DNA of 64,000 nucleotides from Marsupella aquatica (lineage: Eukaryota > Plantae > Marchantiophyta): positions 8,579,832 through 8,643,831 of the forward strand of contig OZ316897.1 of the NCBI GenBank assembly GCA_973895155.1, read 5' to 3'. Under the pieces are notes generated by a model. It worked only from the letters and a program-made list of their open reading frames with translations, searched no databases and was not told where the DNA came from. Position numbers and translations under genes: made by a program. Positions within the stretch are counted from its first letter, which is position 1, and each line of letters starts with the position of its first letter. Positions 1 to 13,906 of this stretch are shown piece after piece.

Positions 1-2026
1 ATGGAGACCCTTTGATATTAGGGACAATGGTCATGCGGTAGAAGACATTACTTTTCAGATTGTTCTCATGTGATTTGGTCGGATGAGATTTCTATTTAGT
101 GACTATAGATCCATAATTGTTTTTTGTGATTGGGACATGCCTTTTCATATCTGTTTACGGATTAGAAAGTGGCATAGGATGCACTCATCCTGTAGATTTT
201 TAATTTGGATCATTTTGAGTAGTCCACGGATCTCTTAGCCACTTTTGTAAGCGCCTATTTCTAGGCTCTAGTAACAGGGATATCCTAAAACCCTGATTTC
301 ATGTACAATTTTCCAAATTTTATGTTATAAGCGACTAGCACTACCATACCGTCTGGCCCGATCAAGTTGAGTGGCATCAGATGCGTGTATTCTATGGATT
401 TTTGATTTGCTTCAATTTAGAGTAGTACAGAGACCGCAGATCACTCAAAAACTTTTGTCAGCGCCTAGCGCTACCATCCGGCCAGATAAAGTTCCCATCA
501 TATGAGTTTTTGGATTGTCAAGTGATAAGCTAATTGTATGGATTTGGTTCATTTTAAAGTCTAGATCTCTCAAGTACTTTTGTCAATGCCAGGCTCTGCC
601 CTCTTGTTTTGGGGGATAACCTAAATCCCGGATGTCATGTACAATTCCCAAATTTTGTGTTACGAGCGCCTGGCGCTACTATCGAGCCAGGATATTTCTT
701 CTTCTTCAGATTTCCTGTAAAAGCCTCTTTGTATTGTCAAATATCTTTGTTCACCACAAAAAATATGGGCTAATCCTTGGACAAAATTTGGACTGTCCAG
801 TTTGTTGTTTCTTGTCATAAGTTCCTGTTTTGGGTTTCCTATTTTCCTATCTTATGTAAATACCTCATCCTACCTATCAGGGAGAGAATCTCTGAAATTG
901 ATCCTAGTTATCTAGGAGAGGTTCTCCGAGATTGATCCTATCTATCTTGGAGAGCCTCTCCAAGATGGTAATTGGGACACATTTTCAAACTATCTCGGAG
1001 AGACTTCTACTGAAAAAAGCCTTAAAAATGTGAATGACATGAACTTACTGCTTTTTTGCTTGACGCCATGTAGCAGGGTGTGTTCTCGGAGGGTTAACTA
1101 AGTGTATATTTTGGGGTACCATGTGCGATCCTAGCCTAATATAAATAGACCTATTTTATAAAGAAAACATTCCAAGAATATTCTCTATAATTTTCAACAT
1201 TAATAACCTATTTTACTTTATAAAAGGTATATATTAGAGAATATTCTATAAACATGAGCTTATAATACCTTTGTTTGTCTCTTACGCTTTTTAAAAAATT
1301 AGTTAATTTCTATCAAAAATACCTATTTTGGATCGCACGTGGTTCCTAAGATTTTTGATAGTCAACCTTCCAAGGGCGTGTCATTCCAAATGGTGAATGA
1401 GTCAATGTGATCTAACTTCTCAGCCCAGTCAATGTGAAGGTACTCAAAGATTTTACCTATTTGGACAAATGAACCACCATGCACGATGCACATGAAACCG
1501 TTGTTTGTGAGTAGAGAGTCAGCCAATGTCGTCGCCACCTCTAGGTTACTGAGCCAAAATCTAAGCCAAACCAGAACATTGTTTTCAGCCTAATATAGGC
1601 GATAATTTGACCCTAACTGAAGAAATATCATATCACAGCCATGGCCCTTAGGTACACCATCGACTGTCCAACCTTGTTTCCAAAAACCGGCCAACTTCAA
1701 TTTCTTACACCATTCCCTAAATTCCCTCATGAATGGAGGGAGAGACAGGTTTTTTGTGTGGTTGGCTCATATTTCTCCTTCAACCAAGAAGAACACTCTA
1801 GTACTAAGGTCATATGCTCTTTTGCATGGCAAAATAGGAGAGCGGATTTAATAGCATGTTAGGGCCAAGGTACTCCAACAATTTTGCAAAGATCATAGTC
1901 CGGAAGAAGCGGGGCTTCTGTTGAAACTGTCTTCTTTAGTTTGTCAAGTATGTAGTGGGACCGCAAAATAAGACCAATCCTTAGCACTACCCTGCGTCTT
2001 GTTGCACTATTAATTTTTCTAATTAA

Positions 2027-2386
<360 letters not shown>

Positions 2387-2450
2387 GTGTGACTCTATAA
2401 TACTATGTGAAATGAAAATGATATATTAGGAACTTATTAAAAATCAATGT

Positions 2451-2519
2451 CTAAGAGATGGAGGAATTGAGAATACCCACTAGAAAAACTAAACCGATCC
2501 ATAACGAAGCACCCGAAAT
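2451..2519 (-). pseudogene. psbZ: psbZ C-terminal fragment (NUPT)
   Basis: The reverse strand reads SGASLWIGLVFLVGILNSSIS*, the PsbZ C-terminus. Confidence 0.92.
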
Positions 2520-2613
2520 TCATGCTCGGTTTGGGAAGAGATTCGAAAAAATAATCTACTTCATTAAGCAATTTATTGAAAAATCATAAACTAACTATTT
2601 TGAACACTATTCA
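2518..2613 (+). pseudogene. atpF: atpF intron 3' end and start of exon 2 (NUPT)
   Basis: ATTCATGCTCGGTTTGGGAAGAGAT is a group II domain V tail. It is followed by TAATCTACTTCAT|TAAGC and then [15 protein letters not shown], similar to liverwort Atp[16 protein letters not shown] (recalled). Confidence 0.85.
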
Positions 2614-2721
2614 TATTGCAATTCCTGAATCGAGAGGTGAACATGTTAGATGGGATAATTTTCTGACCGTATCACCACATCCGCAAGGATTAGGACCTCA
2701 TCCGCAGGTCAATGGAATATT
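2609..2721 (+). pseudogene. psaB: psaB internal fragment (NUPT), with one small indel
   Basis: Translates [29 protein letters not shown] / SAGQWNI. Confidence 0.92.
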
Positions 2722-2981
<260 letters not shown>

Positions 2982-3011
2982 CTAGGTAATTTCTGTATCG
3001 TAATTGCCCCA

Positions 3012-3063
3012 GTTTCCCTCTCGACAATGAAGCTTATCCCCCACTGTCTCACTGGTTGACCTT
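3012..3063 (-). pseudogene. rrn23: Plastid 23S rRNA fragment (NUPT)
   Basis: The reverse complement CCAGTGAGACAGTGGGGGATAAGCTTCATTGTCGAGAGGGAAAC is a conserved 23S segment. Confidence 0.85.
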
Positions 3064-4066
3064 TACTCCCATTAGAGATACAAATAATTGAAAAAAATTG
3101 TTTTAATCTAGATTTTTAGGGTATAATATAGAAAAATATGTTTATTTCTCTATTTTCCGAGTTTATTAAAGGAATAAATAAAAGCAAATACAAAGGAATG
3201 GAGATTCAGGTTCTCGACCAGTAATCACTGCGGATGCCACTAAAGATGATAGAAATGACAATACTGCCACTACTTTTTCTGTATTTGTAAATCTGCCACA
3301 CTTTTGCTATACGGTTAACTACTGACGGAATATTGTTAACCAAGGGTTAACATCCGTTCATGGCATTAGAGCCACGTTGATTCATCATCTTCATGGTGAC
3401 TACTGTCCGTTACCCTGACAAGTGCACTTGAGCCTCCCCGCCACTCGATCAAGCCACCCCACCACTTGGGCCACGGTTAACTTGTTTCAAAATAGAGTTT
3501 ACGGTAGAGGGAATTGTCGAGGTCACACCAAAGAAAACAGATCGAAAGCTATGTATTTTGCGAAGGGAGCGTTGGAGATTTAGGGTGACATGCAAGACAG
3601 TTTTTGTGGAGCCGCACTGTACTCGAGCATTCTGTTGTTTGGCAACCCCTTGTGTCCAGCGAAGTGGATGCACCAGTGAAGCATTGTAGCTACCTGCATC
3701 AACATTCAAAGTTCTCCCATAGCTGGTGCGATAAGCAACTTGGGCTTACTTTTCGGTAACACTCACAAGCATCATGGTTGAAAACATTTCTGTCACTTGA
3801 ACGCCACAGTGTAAGGCAGAAAAGTCTCCGCTTTGTTGGTAAGTAGAGTGCATTGAGTGCGCTCTACATCCCGAAAACTTATCTGAAGGTAGGCGAAAGT
3901 AGCCAGCAATCTTACGACTTGGGTGGCCGTTGCAGACTTAAAGGTGTAGGAGTAAGACGGTTCTCTGGGACATTGGTGTTGAGGTGAGGCAACAAACATT
4001 TTCACGTCTTTGTGGTGCTCGATTGGATTAATTAGGGAGTTGGCACTTCTCTGATTTGCGGAAAAA

Positions 4067-4856
4067 ATGGCTGTCGCTGTCCCTGTTTCATTGGGCAAGT
4101 TTGGTAAGGCTCCTATTTTTAATCCAGAGAAGGAGACGGTGGAATCTTTGAGGAAGCGGGTAAACCCTGCTTTCAGACCCCAATGGGACAGGTATGCTCT
4201 GTGTACACTCCACTCAGTTGAACTGCAATCAGTTCAGTATGCTTAAATTATATATTCTTTTGTTTAGTGGGTTGGGTAGATTCAATATGATGATTTTTAT
4301 TTCACCATTTTCTGTGGGTACTATGTTCAGGCTGCCTGTCACAAATGACATACAATCTTGTTGTTTCACCCAAGCTGCCATGGAGGATTACATAAAGGAG
4401 TATCACATATTCCTCATGAATCCAAAATGCAAGTGGAAGCTTCATTCTTCCAGCCGGAATGACTTCAGCCGAGCTTGGATACGCCCAACTCAGTTTGAGT
4501 TTTGGGCCGTAGAGAAGAGTGATAACATTGGGAGAACTTATGTTTTCCAGTTTGACGATTGTTAGCTTGGTTAGCAGCAAAAGATCGAGTTTGGAAATCC
4601 TGCTGAGATTGTACTTGAAGGCAAGAAATTCCGGGATGGGGATTTGTGCTATTGCTTTCAAGAGGAGACTGACTATCTCCTGGTGTATGAATTGTTTTAC
4701 CTAGAGACAGTTCATGGCAAGAGTGGATTTGCCTTGTACGGCATTCATAAATGGGTGCCATCTAATCTAGATGATTGGAAATTCACTATTTCCAATCTAT
4801 ATGGGATGTATTATTTCCATGAGGAGCCTGGGACAATGAAGGTCTATGAGAAATAG
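4067..4856 (+). pseudogene. Second, convergent two-exon gene inside the MULE, function unknown
   Basis: ATG 4067-4191, GT..AG intron, exon 4331-4856. The splice phases match. About 216 codons, interrupted only by TAGs at 4563 and 4572. Confidence 0.55.
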
Positions 4857-5132
4857 TGCAATAGTGGCCACAGAATGCTAATTACATACATAGTGAGCAG
4901 GCTTATGTAGACATAATAGGCCAGATATGGCACAGGCCACGCATACATGTCTCCAGCTTTAGAGTGTTGCGTTTTGCTACCGAAATGTATTGTGTTTTAC
5001 CATGAATAAAATTTGGACTAACAATTCAAACAATGTACATCCTTCACTCAGGAGTGGTTTCAGTTGAATGATTTGTGGCTACATGAATGAAGTACTTGAG
5101 AGGCAACTTGAGCTCTGAGATTATGTTTGCAG

Positions 5133-5900
5133 CTAGAAGTAACAGTGGATTGTTGGACAATATATAACATAACACAAACCCTTCGCTGACTTCAGCTCTG
5201 GGGCAGTTTCAACGTACATGGTTTTGAAGCCCCTTCTCTCTATATGATATAAAAATACTGCCAGTACAGACAACTCTGGGATAGCATCATGCAACAAGGT
5301 CAAAAATCTCATCCAATATTGCTCATTCTCTGAAGGAACCATGCAATAGGACAGAATCATGACAATGTTATTAGGCATCAAGAACTGTGGCAACCAATAA
5401 CATCTGAGGATATGCTGATTTTGTGTGTGTGCCATCTAAGGCAATGAGAGGCCTACAATGTGTGTAGCCTTTCGAGAGGCTGAAGGACACACAAACAAGG
5501 TCTCAAAAGATCCTCCAGGTGCGGAATATTTTGCCATGGCAGTAGGGTCCCTCTGTAAAATATGATGACAATGACTTGGGATGAGATGGAAGGACTCCTT
5601 CTCATCACCATCCAGCCTGATAAGAGCTGTCTTTTTGGCTGCATGTGCAGTATGATACCTCACATCTGGATGTAAAATAGCTTGAGCTGCGTCTCTTAAA
5701 GCTCGAGTTTGCCTATTTTTAATGAGGATGTCAAAGATTAAAGTAGCTAAGTAATCTGAGGAATTGTGCATCCGTCTACTATGATGGTCTACAGCACAAC
5801 ATTTATGATGGTCATTGAGTTGAGTGACAGTAATAGTTTCTATCTTTGAGCTCATGATCACTCGTATTGACTAGAAACATATTTGAGCAGGGTTTTCGTG
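5133..5900 (-). pseudogene. MULE transposase remnant
   Basis: Across frameshifts and stops it reads FETLFVCPSA...DGTHTKSAYPQMLLVAT...NNIVMILSYCMVPSENEQYWMRFL, the MULE DDE-domain pattern (DGT; F/Y-x-x-V-x-x-E-N...W-x-x-FL). Confidence 0.85.
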
Positions 5901-8826
5901 CCACCACATTAATTTTGCACTTTCCTATGAAACGAAGAGAGTCCTTTTTGTATGTAGTTATTACTTGTTCTGTTGAGACCCCATGTTTCACAATTGCTCG
6001 CCTCAGTGCCTAGCAGGTCTCAAACGTGTCACCTACCTTTAAAGCACCGTAACCATGTCAGAAATTTACTGAAAAAGCGACCTGCACATAGAAAAGCAAA
6101 TATGCATCTCAGAAGCTTCAGACATAAGATCCAGCTTGAATGTAATTTGACATTGATGGATTAATAATCTGCTATAAGCCATGGATCGGCTGCTATCCCT
6201 TTCTTCTCATAAATGTATTGAAACATACTCAAAACTATAGTAAAGTTTAACTTGAGCCAAAAAGAAGAGGGAATTTATGCCCTATTTTCACCCAGAAATG
6301 CGGGAACTAAAAGAATGCACTTCTCATGATCGAAGAGGAACTGATGGAATTAGTGTGAAGCATGAGAGTTCGTTCAGAGATGAGTATAGGCCACATACGA
6401 GTTTCTGGTCAATCGAGTGGTCAATACGTAGTTGAACTATCACAGCACTCCATTCAATGCGACAAAGATGCTGAAATGACAATGTTCTTACGATAGTGTT
6501 GTACTGCAAGATGGCAATGCAGTGGGCAGGCTCTCCCCCTTTACGCAGAATGCAGCAACACTCAAAGATTTTCACATCTGAATTTCAGCTCCCATTGAAG
6601 CTCTCTCTGCAATTTGCTGATCGACACCCCGCACCACCGGCATCTCATCCGCACATGAGTTTGTTCTGTGTAGGTCTTTCGGTGTTTCCTCACAAACCCC
6701 ATCCTGGTAGATTTCCTCACGAACCCCCATCCCGGTAGATTTCCCACGAATCTACCGAGAGCAAGTCTTCGCCTCTCTTTCAAATGGAAATCCCCGCACA
6801 GTGCAGTGAGTTAACTCGACCAACTAAAAAATGTCAAACTATGACAGACAGTAACCTGGACGGAAACCGATCCAATCGTGAAGCAACACGTGACACTCGA
6901 GTTAACCCAAGTAACGGTATAGCAAAAGTGTGGCAGATTTACAAATACAGAAAAAGTAGTGGCAGTATTGTCATTTCTATCATCTTTAGTGGCAACCTAC
7001 TCAAAAGCTGTATTAGTTTATGAACATATAAACTCACATAGGACAAAAGATGGTTTGACATCTTACCCTCGGATAATAATTTTGTTAAAACCTTGAAATT
7101 CCCCGACAATCAAGGGTGACCCAACAGGTTCAACTGCCACCACAAACTTCAATAAAGTTTCTCTTAAAGACTCTTAAAACTCCTATATATACTATCAAGG
7201 GTGACTCAAGGTGTTCTTGTAATCATCATAAACTCCAACCAAAGACTTGATGGTGCCCTCTAGTAAACAAACCCCTAATAAGGCCCTTTCTTTTGAAAGG
7301 AACTTGTTGGGGCCTCCACTCCCTGCAGCCCTTGCACATTCCCTCCTACCCCACCTCCTCCATGCTTGCAACCCTCTAGAGCTTGGTACCCAGCAGCGCT
7401 TTGTCCCTACCAGCCTATTATAAAGAGTTTTGGTTTTGTTTTTTGCGGGAATGACGAAGGTCACCTTGTGTGAAGTAGAACACTCTAAAATATTTCTTAA
7501 TTAATGAATTAGTGGAATCCCAAGAAGATAATTAATCAAGTCAGAGCTATTGCTCTCATTGAGCTAAGGTTATTAGTGCTTTCAAAGTAGACAAATGCAA
7601 ATTGCAATTAGCTAATGCAATTTGCGATTAGTTTTTGGACAAACACAGTTTACATATGAAATTGTAGGGTTCACAATTGGGAAATGGTAGTGTAAATGTT
7701 TTGTTGATTGAAGAGCATGGAGTAGTGAGAGTAGGGCCGAAGAACTTGTTCCTGTGTATCCCCGAGTAGTGTAGTTGGGAACAAGGCATGGCTATAATAT
7801 TCTCCCCTGTAATCTTGTATCCCCGAGTAGGGTAGTTGGGAACAATGTATGGTTCTAATATTCCTTGTGCATACCAAAAGGCTTAGCCAAGTAGTAAAAA
7901 ATTTAAGAAAGATTCTCGCTAGTTTACAAAAAAAACATGGGCTGCTTTTTGATAGAGACCCCAATAGCCAGAATCCCATGGTTCTAAATCTAGGGAGATC
8001 TAATGGTAAAAAATAATCTAAGATAACTACATAAAAGACATTTTTAGAATCTTCTATTCACACCAGGTGGTATTTGCCACTTCAAAAAAGGAAAAATCCT
8101 GAAAAAAGGGCTGAGGGCACTAGGCTGTCTGGAGGGTTGCAAGGTTGGAGGGGCTTGGGTTGCAGGGAATGTGGAGGGGTTCCAAGGATTGGGGGCCCCT
8201 ACAAACAAGTCCCTTTCAAACGAAGAGGTCTCGTGAGGGGTTTGTTTCTCTGGAGGGGCCCCATCAAGTGTTTTGTTGTCCTAAACACCAATAACACTTA
8301 TGCTAAAACTTCCAAACTCCTAGAGCTTCTTTTTGGCCCCTTCCAATGTTACATATTGCCAAATTTCCTTCCAGAACTTCAGATCAGGTTTCCTGTTTCA
8401 GAAAATTGATTTTATCCTTTTCAAGAAATTAAAATTATTCACACTAGCCATTCGCGGGAACAGCATGACTGGGAACAAGTGGATAGGACCCGATGCAGGT
8501 TCGGAAACGGGTTCACAATTCAATTTTGCACTTGTCTTGGCACAAGAAAGAAGAAGCAATGCGTGTTTCTGCATGTCATGATGAAAACAGAATGAACCTT
8601 GATAGACTTTGACGAACTTGCACAGTACACAAACCTCAGATGTTGTGTACTCTTCTTTGCTAAAAGCATCTCACTAAGCGAGTCTCCATCTCTTACTGCC
8701 AACATACAGGAAATCTCCACGGTGAAACTCTAATTTCTTACCATAGATCGGAATGGTGGCCGTCTGCGACCCATTCTCAAGCTTCTTTCTGAGCCTCGTG
8801 TGTATGACCCAGCTGTTTCTCACGGT

Positions 8827-8963
8827 CTGACGCTCAGCTTAGTCTGGATTGTAAGCGGAAATTGCTGATCAGGTGGGCCTAAATGACTTCCAGATCTGAC
8901 ACTCAGCTTAGTCTGGGATTGTAAGCGAAAATTGCTGGTCATGTGACCTAATATGACCTCCAG
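8827..8963. repeat. Tandem duplication, 2 x ~69 bp
   Basis: TCTGAC(G/A)CTCAGCTTAGTCTGG...ATGAC(T/C)TCCAG occurs twice. Confidence 0.8.
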
Positions 8964-9385
8964 GGGTTAGCAATTACATATCATGACTAAAACTTCCACT
9001 ACTTCGCGAAGTTGACCTTCTGTACATAATGCATGGAAATCCCTCATGGTTTGATGTTATGTGTCAGCTTGGCGGAAACCTGTGTGCCAATTACTACCGA
9101 CTACTCCAACAAAATATTATTAAGTTTTCATATGCTCTTCCGCAAATATTCTGCCTGCCCATTTCAGTCGGCCACCAATCTCGGTGAGTGAGATAAGTGT
9201 ATGATTGTCGCTACAAAAATGAACTCAAAATCACAAATTATAACTTCCTGCTTCCTGCTCTGCATCTGCATGCGTTTGGGGATTTGCATACCTAGGTTTT
9301 GATCGCTAGGCCTCCTCTGATTCAACTAATCACACTGTTGGCCATGTCAGATCATACAATCCTGGCAGTTTCTATAGAAAATATC

Positions 9386-9624
9386 TTGCAATCATACAAC
9401 GCCTTGGCTCTGTAGAGAGTCGCCCTTCCAGTTCTATGCAGGGGAAGAAGAGGCTTGCAAAGTATTGCAATCATACAATGCCTTGGCTCTGTAGAAAGCC
9501 GCCTTTCCAGTTCTATGCAAGGGGGAAGAAGAGGCTTGCAAAGTATCGCAATCATACAATGCCTTGGCTCTGTAGAAAGTCGCCCTTCCAGGTCTATGCA
9601 GGGGAAGAAGAAACTTGCAGAGTA
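9386..9624. repeat. Minisatellite, 3 x 79-81 bp
   Basis: The unit GCAATCATACAA(C/T)GCCTTGGCTCTGTAG...CTTGCA(A/G)AGTA starts at 9388, 9467 and 9548. Confidence 0.9.
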
Positions 9625-9980
9625 CAGGATCTTGCCAGCTTGCTTGCTCTGGCTCCTTCAACATTGCATTAAGATTGTTATTACAGGAGCAGGCTGGCTG
9701 GCCTAAAATTTGTCATGGGGCGACTTTTATTGGTTCCTTTTGTAAAGAACGCTCATTTGACTTCTTCTGTTTTTCCTTAAGGCAGAAGAATGACCATCAG
9801 AATCTCTGTTAACATCTATGCATGGAGGGTCGAAACAACATCCAAGATAACCCTCACTACTCAAAAACAGAGCCCTCATCACAAGTCAAAGAGCAATTAC
9901 AAAATAAAAAATTTCTTGAGAAGTCAAATTATAAAGGTATCAAGGTGAGAAGACTATCAAAGAACATGGTCCACTAACTA

Positions 9981-10844
9981 CTAATTTCCAGCCTCCCACA
10001 CATAATCTACCCAAGCTAAAAGATCTTGCTCATTGAAGATAATGTCACTCTCATTTCTTTCACGTGGTCTCAGAAAAACCTTTTCAAATTCTAGGAGTAA
10101 AGGGCTGCCATTGACTTCCCTCAAATCTAGGTCTATCTTTAACTCTTGGAAACTCCTAGCAGTTCTCTGTCTGTTCAATTCCCATTCCTCAATATGGTAT
10201 ATCTTTCCGCCAAAACGTACCGAGATAATGATCACAATATTAACCTCACCTCCAGACTGCTCAAGCCACCACTTTGCATCTGTTCTTAGGTGAACTAAGG
10301 ATTCAGACCACCCTGTTTCGATCACAACAGTAGGCCAAGCTGCTCCACCTCGTCGAACAGAAAAAGGTTTGAATGCAGAGTCTCCTTCCTTAGAGGTGCC
10401 CTCAGCTCCAGTAAATCTTATGGCCAGAATAGGACAAAGTTCCAGTCCCAATCCCATTGCTTCACACTTGCCACGCATAAGATAGGAGAAATGTGCGTGT
10501 GATAATTCATGAAATGCAATAGGCATCAGTTTAATGATTAACAGATTTTGATTTCTGTAATGGCTAATCCTGACATCTTTACCTATCCGTTTACGATCCT
10601 GATCTATCTCAGCAAGCTGTAATAGAGTGACTGGTTGGAAAGAAAGATATTGCTCTCTTGTAGTACCTTGTTGCAACAAGAGGCATTGTGCATCTATAAT
10701 CTTGGACATATTTTCTATTCCATCAAATGTATAGGGCTCTTTGTGTACTAAACACATGGGTGTCCCAGACGAAGAGGAAGGCTTAGCCATAGAAATGGGG
10801 TAATTGTCGTTGGCACTGTCCAGATCGCCCCACATTGTCGCCAT
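9981..10844 (-). CDS. Fungal-type Uma2-like PD-(D/E)xK restriction-endonuclease-fold protein; intronless ORF, start uncertain
   Basis: Open frame of 313 codons (to 10922; first ATG at 10844). Motifs IIKLMP..HE, SKEGDSAFKP, WPTVVIETGWSESL..LR.DA.WWLE.SGGEV.IVIIISV and GSPLLLEFEKVFLRP match a family I recognise from ascomycete hypothetical proteins. Confidence 0.75.
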   Translation of the reverse strand: MATMWGDLDSANDNYPISMAKPSSSSGTPMCLVHKEPYTFDGIENMSKIIDAQCLLLQQGTTREQYLSFQPVTLLQLAEIDQDRKRIGKDVRISHYRNQNLLIIKLMPIAFHELSHAHFSYLMRGKCEAMGLGLELCPILAIRFTGAEGTSKEGDSAFKPFSVRRGGAAWPTVVIETGWSESLVHLRTDAKWWLEQSGGEVNIVIIISVRFGGKIYHIEEWELNRQRTARSFQELKIDLDLREVNGSPLLLEFEKVFLRPRERNESDIIFNEQDLLAWVDYVWEAGN

Positions 10845-13800
10845 CTCAACATTGCAGAAATAACCAGATTTCACCCACTTAGTAAAAAGCTCAACATTGA
10901 TAAAGTAAGAAAACAGAAACAAGAGAAGGTTAGGACTCGTTCAACCTGGGAGAAGCATCCAGAAGTGGTGGCAGAGCTAAAGGTTGGGGATCAAGCTTCT
11001 TACGCTTCCCTTCTGTAAACACCACAAAACCTGACTTCGTCAAACTAGTCTCGAAAATTCAAATGTAATGAGCGAGTGGAGGTTTTGAACCCTCAATAAC
11101 CAAGAAAGAAATCAAGAGATGGTCTCGAGACTTCAAATGCAATGGGCGAGTGGGGTTGTGAACCCTCAATAACAAAAGAAAGAAGTGGCATGAGGAAATA
11201 AATTCGCCACATCCATACTGGACGATCAGGAAAATAGCAGAAGCAAGGGATAAAATTAATAATACCTTTCGTAGTTTGCATGGACGAAAGTTTTGTCTCT
11301 TGTAAACCCGAAACTGTCTAGCTGCACCTCCCCTTACTTCACAAGTCCTTCCGTAGTTCTTCCAGGGTGTGATGGGAGAACTTGCTCTTCATCGGCGCAG
11401 TAAAGAAAGGCCTCGGGAAATATTACAAAGAGCTATAATACCACGGCACATTAACCAACACCTGAAAACCAACAGTCACAACTGTCAGCTGCATCTCGCC
11501 ACCACCAACCAGTTCCGATAACAAAGTCTTCAACTAGTCATCCGGGGAAACCTTGGCAAATCTCTCAACTAATAACATCGTTAAAGTCTGTGAATCATCC
11601 GTCGTTAACTGCCGCACTGCCTCGAATTCAAAACCATCGCGAAATTTTCTCACCACATCATTTGAAAGAATGTGCGAGCTCCCGAAAAACAGTGAAAGCC
11701 GATTAGACAGACAGTGGCGAGTGTGGGTGACAACCTCCGGATGAGGAAGCAACAAGAACCATCGAGGACAGCGGAAGGGAACGCGATTGCCAGCATCACT
11801 AAACGAACAGACTGCATAGGCATGTTCATCTCCTGAAGCTTTCGTGAAAAGGTGCTCTCTGAAGTGAGGCGGAGCGGGACGAGTTGTGGGCCAGAGATGG
11901 CTGAGTGGAGGCCGACCGCTGCAGGGCTACCGGCTGGCGGGCGTACGTCCGACGTGGGACGGGCGGCGGCAAGCCGAGCCGGGGGAGCACAGTCGTCGAG
12001 CGGGAAGGACCGAAGGAGCGAGCGTGAAGAGTCAGCACGGCTCACGGCTGACAGTGTGGTCGCCCGGACGGTTTCTGGGGATCCGGTGGGGCTGAAGCGG
12101 CCGGGGTCTGGCAGGTGCTGGCGGCCTCGCTTGCTCGAGGAGGGATCCACAGGTGCGCAGTCAGTCCCCCGAGATTGGGACTGCCTCGTAGGTGGGGAGG
12201 TCCCCCGACGCAGGGCTCTCAACGTATACGGGACGGGCCGAGTGGAGGCCGACCGCTGCAGGGCTACGTATAGGGTAATGCAGGTGTGGGCGCAGGGTTA
12301 CTAGGGCGTCTCAAACTTAAGCATTTGGAATTCCGAATGGCACCCGGGATTTCACAGTCGCGGGCCGCCCGGATCAGGTGGTCGGCCCACCGATTTGGTG
12401 ACCGAAAAGTTTTTACCGGGTTTTTTTGGTCACCCGGTCGTCCGCTATGGACTAACCCTGGGTTGGATAGGCAGGTGGCAACTAACTGAAGCAGCAGACG
12501 AGGGCGACTCGAGAATCAAAACCGAACTAGGTGGAGCACTAGACGGGACGAACACGAGAAACGAACACGAACGCGAGACTAGCCCAGACGGGACAACTGC
12601 TAAGAAACAAACACGAACTCGACATTCAACTCGAGGGCCTCCACTTTTCGTATGATTGCGTGGATCAGTCTGTTTCTGTGCTCTCGATTCGGACGCAGAA
12701 AGCAGGAGGACGAGGAGGAGCAGCAGCAAACCTCTCTGTCGCGGGTTCTCTATCGCAATTCTGCGTCAAGGGAAAGGATTCTGGCTGTGAATCCGGGAGC
12801 TATGGAATTCGAGGATCCATGAGCAGGAGGAGAGCGATTCTAGTTGCTGGAAAGGTTTAGGGCGTGATGGTGGCCGGTCGATGACAGAGTGATCGTTGTG
12901 ATGTCGAATTTGGAATGGCTGCTCCACCAGGTGAGAGATAATTTCGAGGGCTGCAGGGGATTAAGGGGTTTCTCGGTTGCGTGAATCCCCTTCGAGTGTT
13001 TGAAGAATAATCTATCCAGGGGATCTAGTTTCCTGTCTCTTTCGATGAAGTTTCTTGTCTCTTCCGATGAAGTTTCCGCCCTCTGTGTAGTGGTTTGCTC
13101 TTCAAATTGCCTGCATAAATGTATGCTTGAAATTTCTGGAGAAATGAACCTTAATGGCAGCTTTACGATGGGCCGTATGTGCTAAACTTTCCACGCCTGT
13201 TCAATTTCTTTGTGCGCAGACGTTAAGGCGGGTTGAGAGTGAGCGATACAAGTGCTGGTCTGCCCGAATAGATTGAGATTTTCGTCGTCGTTGAGCTGAG
13301 ATTACATTAGCTGTGGTGATCAAAGATGGCGACAGAGAGAGCAGCAAGATGCTTTTGCAACCACGGCCACGGGCGCGCCTATCACCTTCGAGCGCCCTCT
13401 TCCCACCGAGCTCAAGTTTGCAAAGTCATGTAAGTAGAGCTTTTCTTTGGCAAAGTTATTCGAGTTTGAACCTCGTTGTATCATTTTGCATTAATGTCTG
13501 CAAGTTAATTAATTAGCCCTTAGATTAGACAGACAAACATGTGTCCCTAAGATGTTTTTCTCATAATGAAATTTATGAGTGAGACGAGTAGCAACATGTA
13601 CCTGGCTGATGTCGAGCATTAAATTCAAGTTAATTTTAAAATGGTCCTTAGACTGGTACTGCTCCATCTGCAGTAGCTAGTGGAACTTCATGACGATCAT
13701 CTACGCGTTGCCTTCTGGACAAGAGGAGCGTCTAGGGGGGTACCTCACTTGATCCTCATTTTACCACATTATCGAAATTACATCACCGAAAGCTAGAGCC

Positions 13801-13906
13801 CAGGGTAGAAGGTCAAGACTGTAAGCAAACAAGGAACATCCTAGTTTAATTGGGTAATGACAATGTCCTATCGTGAATTGTGTTTGCAGTAACTTGATCT
13901 GACACT

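Larger units (their letters stand above)
3232..6997 (-). mobile_element. Mutator-like (MULE) DNA transposon, decayed
   Basis: Near-perfect TIRs of about 85 bp (GGATGCCACTAAAGATGATAGAAATGACAATACTGCC... at 3232 and its reverse complement ending at 6997) enclose a MULE transposase remnant. No clear TSD. Confidence 0.88.

Noticed and set aside
7240-8280. Diverged inverted repeat pair (~7245-7390 and ~8120-8280) as one element
   Set aside because: Too diverged, with no defined termini or TSD. Probably two separate old copies.
9386-9624. CRISPR-like regular repeats (also 32808-33031)
   Set aside because: Whole units repeat with no unique spacers, there are no cas genes, and the context is eukaryotic. 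These are minisatellites.
11650-12304. 190-aa and 150-aa ORFs
   Set aside because: Low-complexity R/P/S/G frames produced by the GC-rich repeat, with no recognisable domain.
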